The position numbers were made by a program, and so were the translations under genes. DNA of 64,000 bases from a virus (Duplodnaviria > Caudoviricetes), in IMG/VR virus record IMGVR_UViG_2597490325_000001, positions 64,001 to 128,000 of that record; one strand, written 5' to 3'. The notes under the pieces were generated by a model. The model made no database searches, was not told the origin of the DNA, and saw only the letters and a list, made by a program, of their open reading frames with translations. Position 1 is the first letter of the stretch. Each line of letters begins with the position of its first letter. Shown here piece by piece: positions 63,608 through 64,000 of this stretch.

Positions 63608-63694
63608 ATGGCTACTAAAAAATTAGGCGTTAAACGTTGGGAACTTATTGCTGTATCAGTTATTCTGTTCGCATCAATGTTTATGTGTAACTAA
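63608..63694 (+). CDS. 28-aa single-pass membrane peptide (not in ORF track)
   Basis: ATATATTAT at 63524, AAAGGA RBS, MATKKLGVKRWELIAVSVILFASMFMCN*, terminator near 63703-63730. Confidence 0.6.
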   Translation: MATKKLGVKRWELIAVSVILFASMFMCN

Positions 63695-63796
63695 TTCATA
63701 AGAAAGAGCATCTAACAATGCTCTTTTTTTGATTGTGGAACATAGAAAAAAGTAAAAACTTTCATTAAACAAACATGTATTTGATAAGGAATTGAA

Positions 63797-63976
63797 ATGT
63801 CTGATAAAGAATCTAAACCATCTGAAGAACAACTTCGTAAAGAATTTGAAGAGCATATGAAAGATATGTTCCCTAGTGTTGGTTTGGAAATGCAGGAGAA
63901 TACTAATTACTATTATTCAACTGCTGCCAATGTCGGTTGGGCGTTTTATCGTAATATGCGTCTCGGTTCTCTTTAA
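63797..63976 (+). CDS. 59-aa hypothetical protein (not in ORF track)
   Basis: TAAGGA RBS; MSDKESKPSEEQLRKEFEEHMK...RLGSL*. Confidence 0.65.
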   Translation: MSDKESKPSEEQLRKEFEEHMKDMFPSVGLEMQENTNYYYSTAANVGWAFYRNMRLGSL

Positions 63977-64000
63977 TATTTCCCTTTCTACTAATAAACA

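Overview
This AT-rich window comes from a jumbo myovirus of the phiKZ-related AR9/PBS1/phiR1-37 type. Codon usage of the highly expressed genes and two host-like protein tails point to an enterobacterial host, which is an inference. It encodes three fragments of split multisubunit RNA polymerase beta' subunits, a family B DNA polymerase split into two divergent genes, an SF2 helicase, dCMP deaminase, two HU-like proteins and a probable SSB. Virion genes include major capsid, portal, terminase large subunit, tail sheath, tail tube and PAAR. There are five tRNAs, two tRNA remnants and three free-standing endonucleases. Three group I introns, absent from the ORF track, can be placed to the nucleotide: terminase 26175-28127, DNA polymerase 46911-46562 (minus strand) and the RNAP catalytic DFDG^D motif 59437-60849. 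Two promoter motifs recur, ATATATWAT (early) and AACA-N6-TAG (late), as does a conserved terminator family. Most striking: (1) the terminase intron carries a 526-aa non-nuclease gene with its own early promoter, RBS and terminator, and the terminator U-tract doubles as the intron P6a strand; (2) a ~1.45-kb ORF-free cluster of stem-closed structured RNAs; (3) a stand-alone 51-aa acidic peptide ending in an RNR-alpha-like CX4C-KI tail; (4) a hidden gene interrupted at an A-AAA-AAG -1 slippery site. All calls are from reading the sequence by eye; no searches or folding programs were run.
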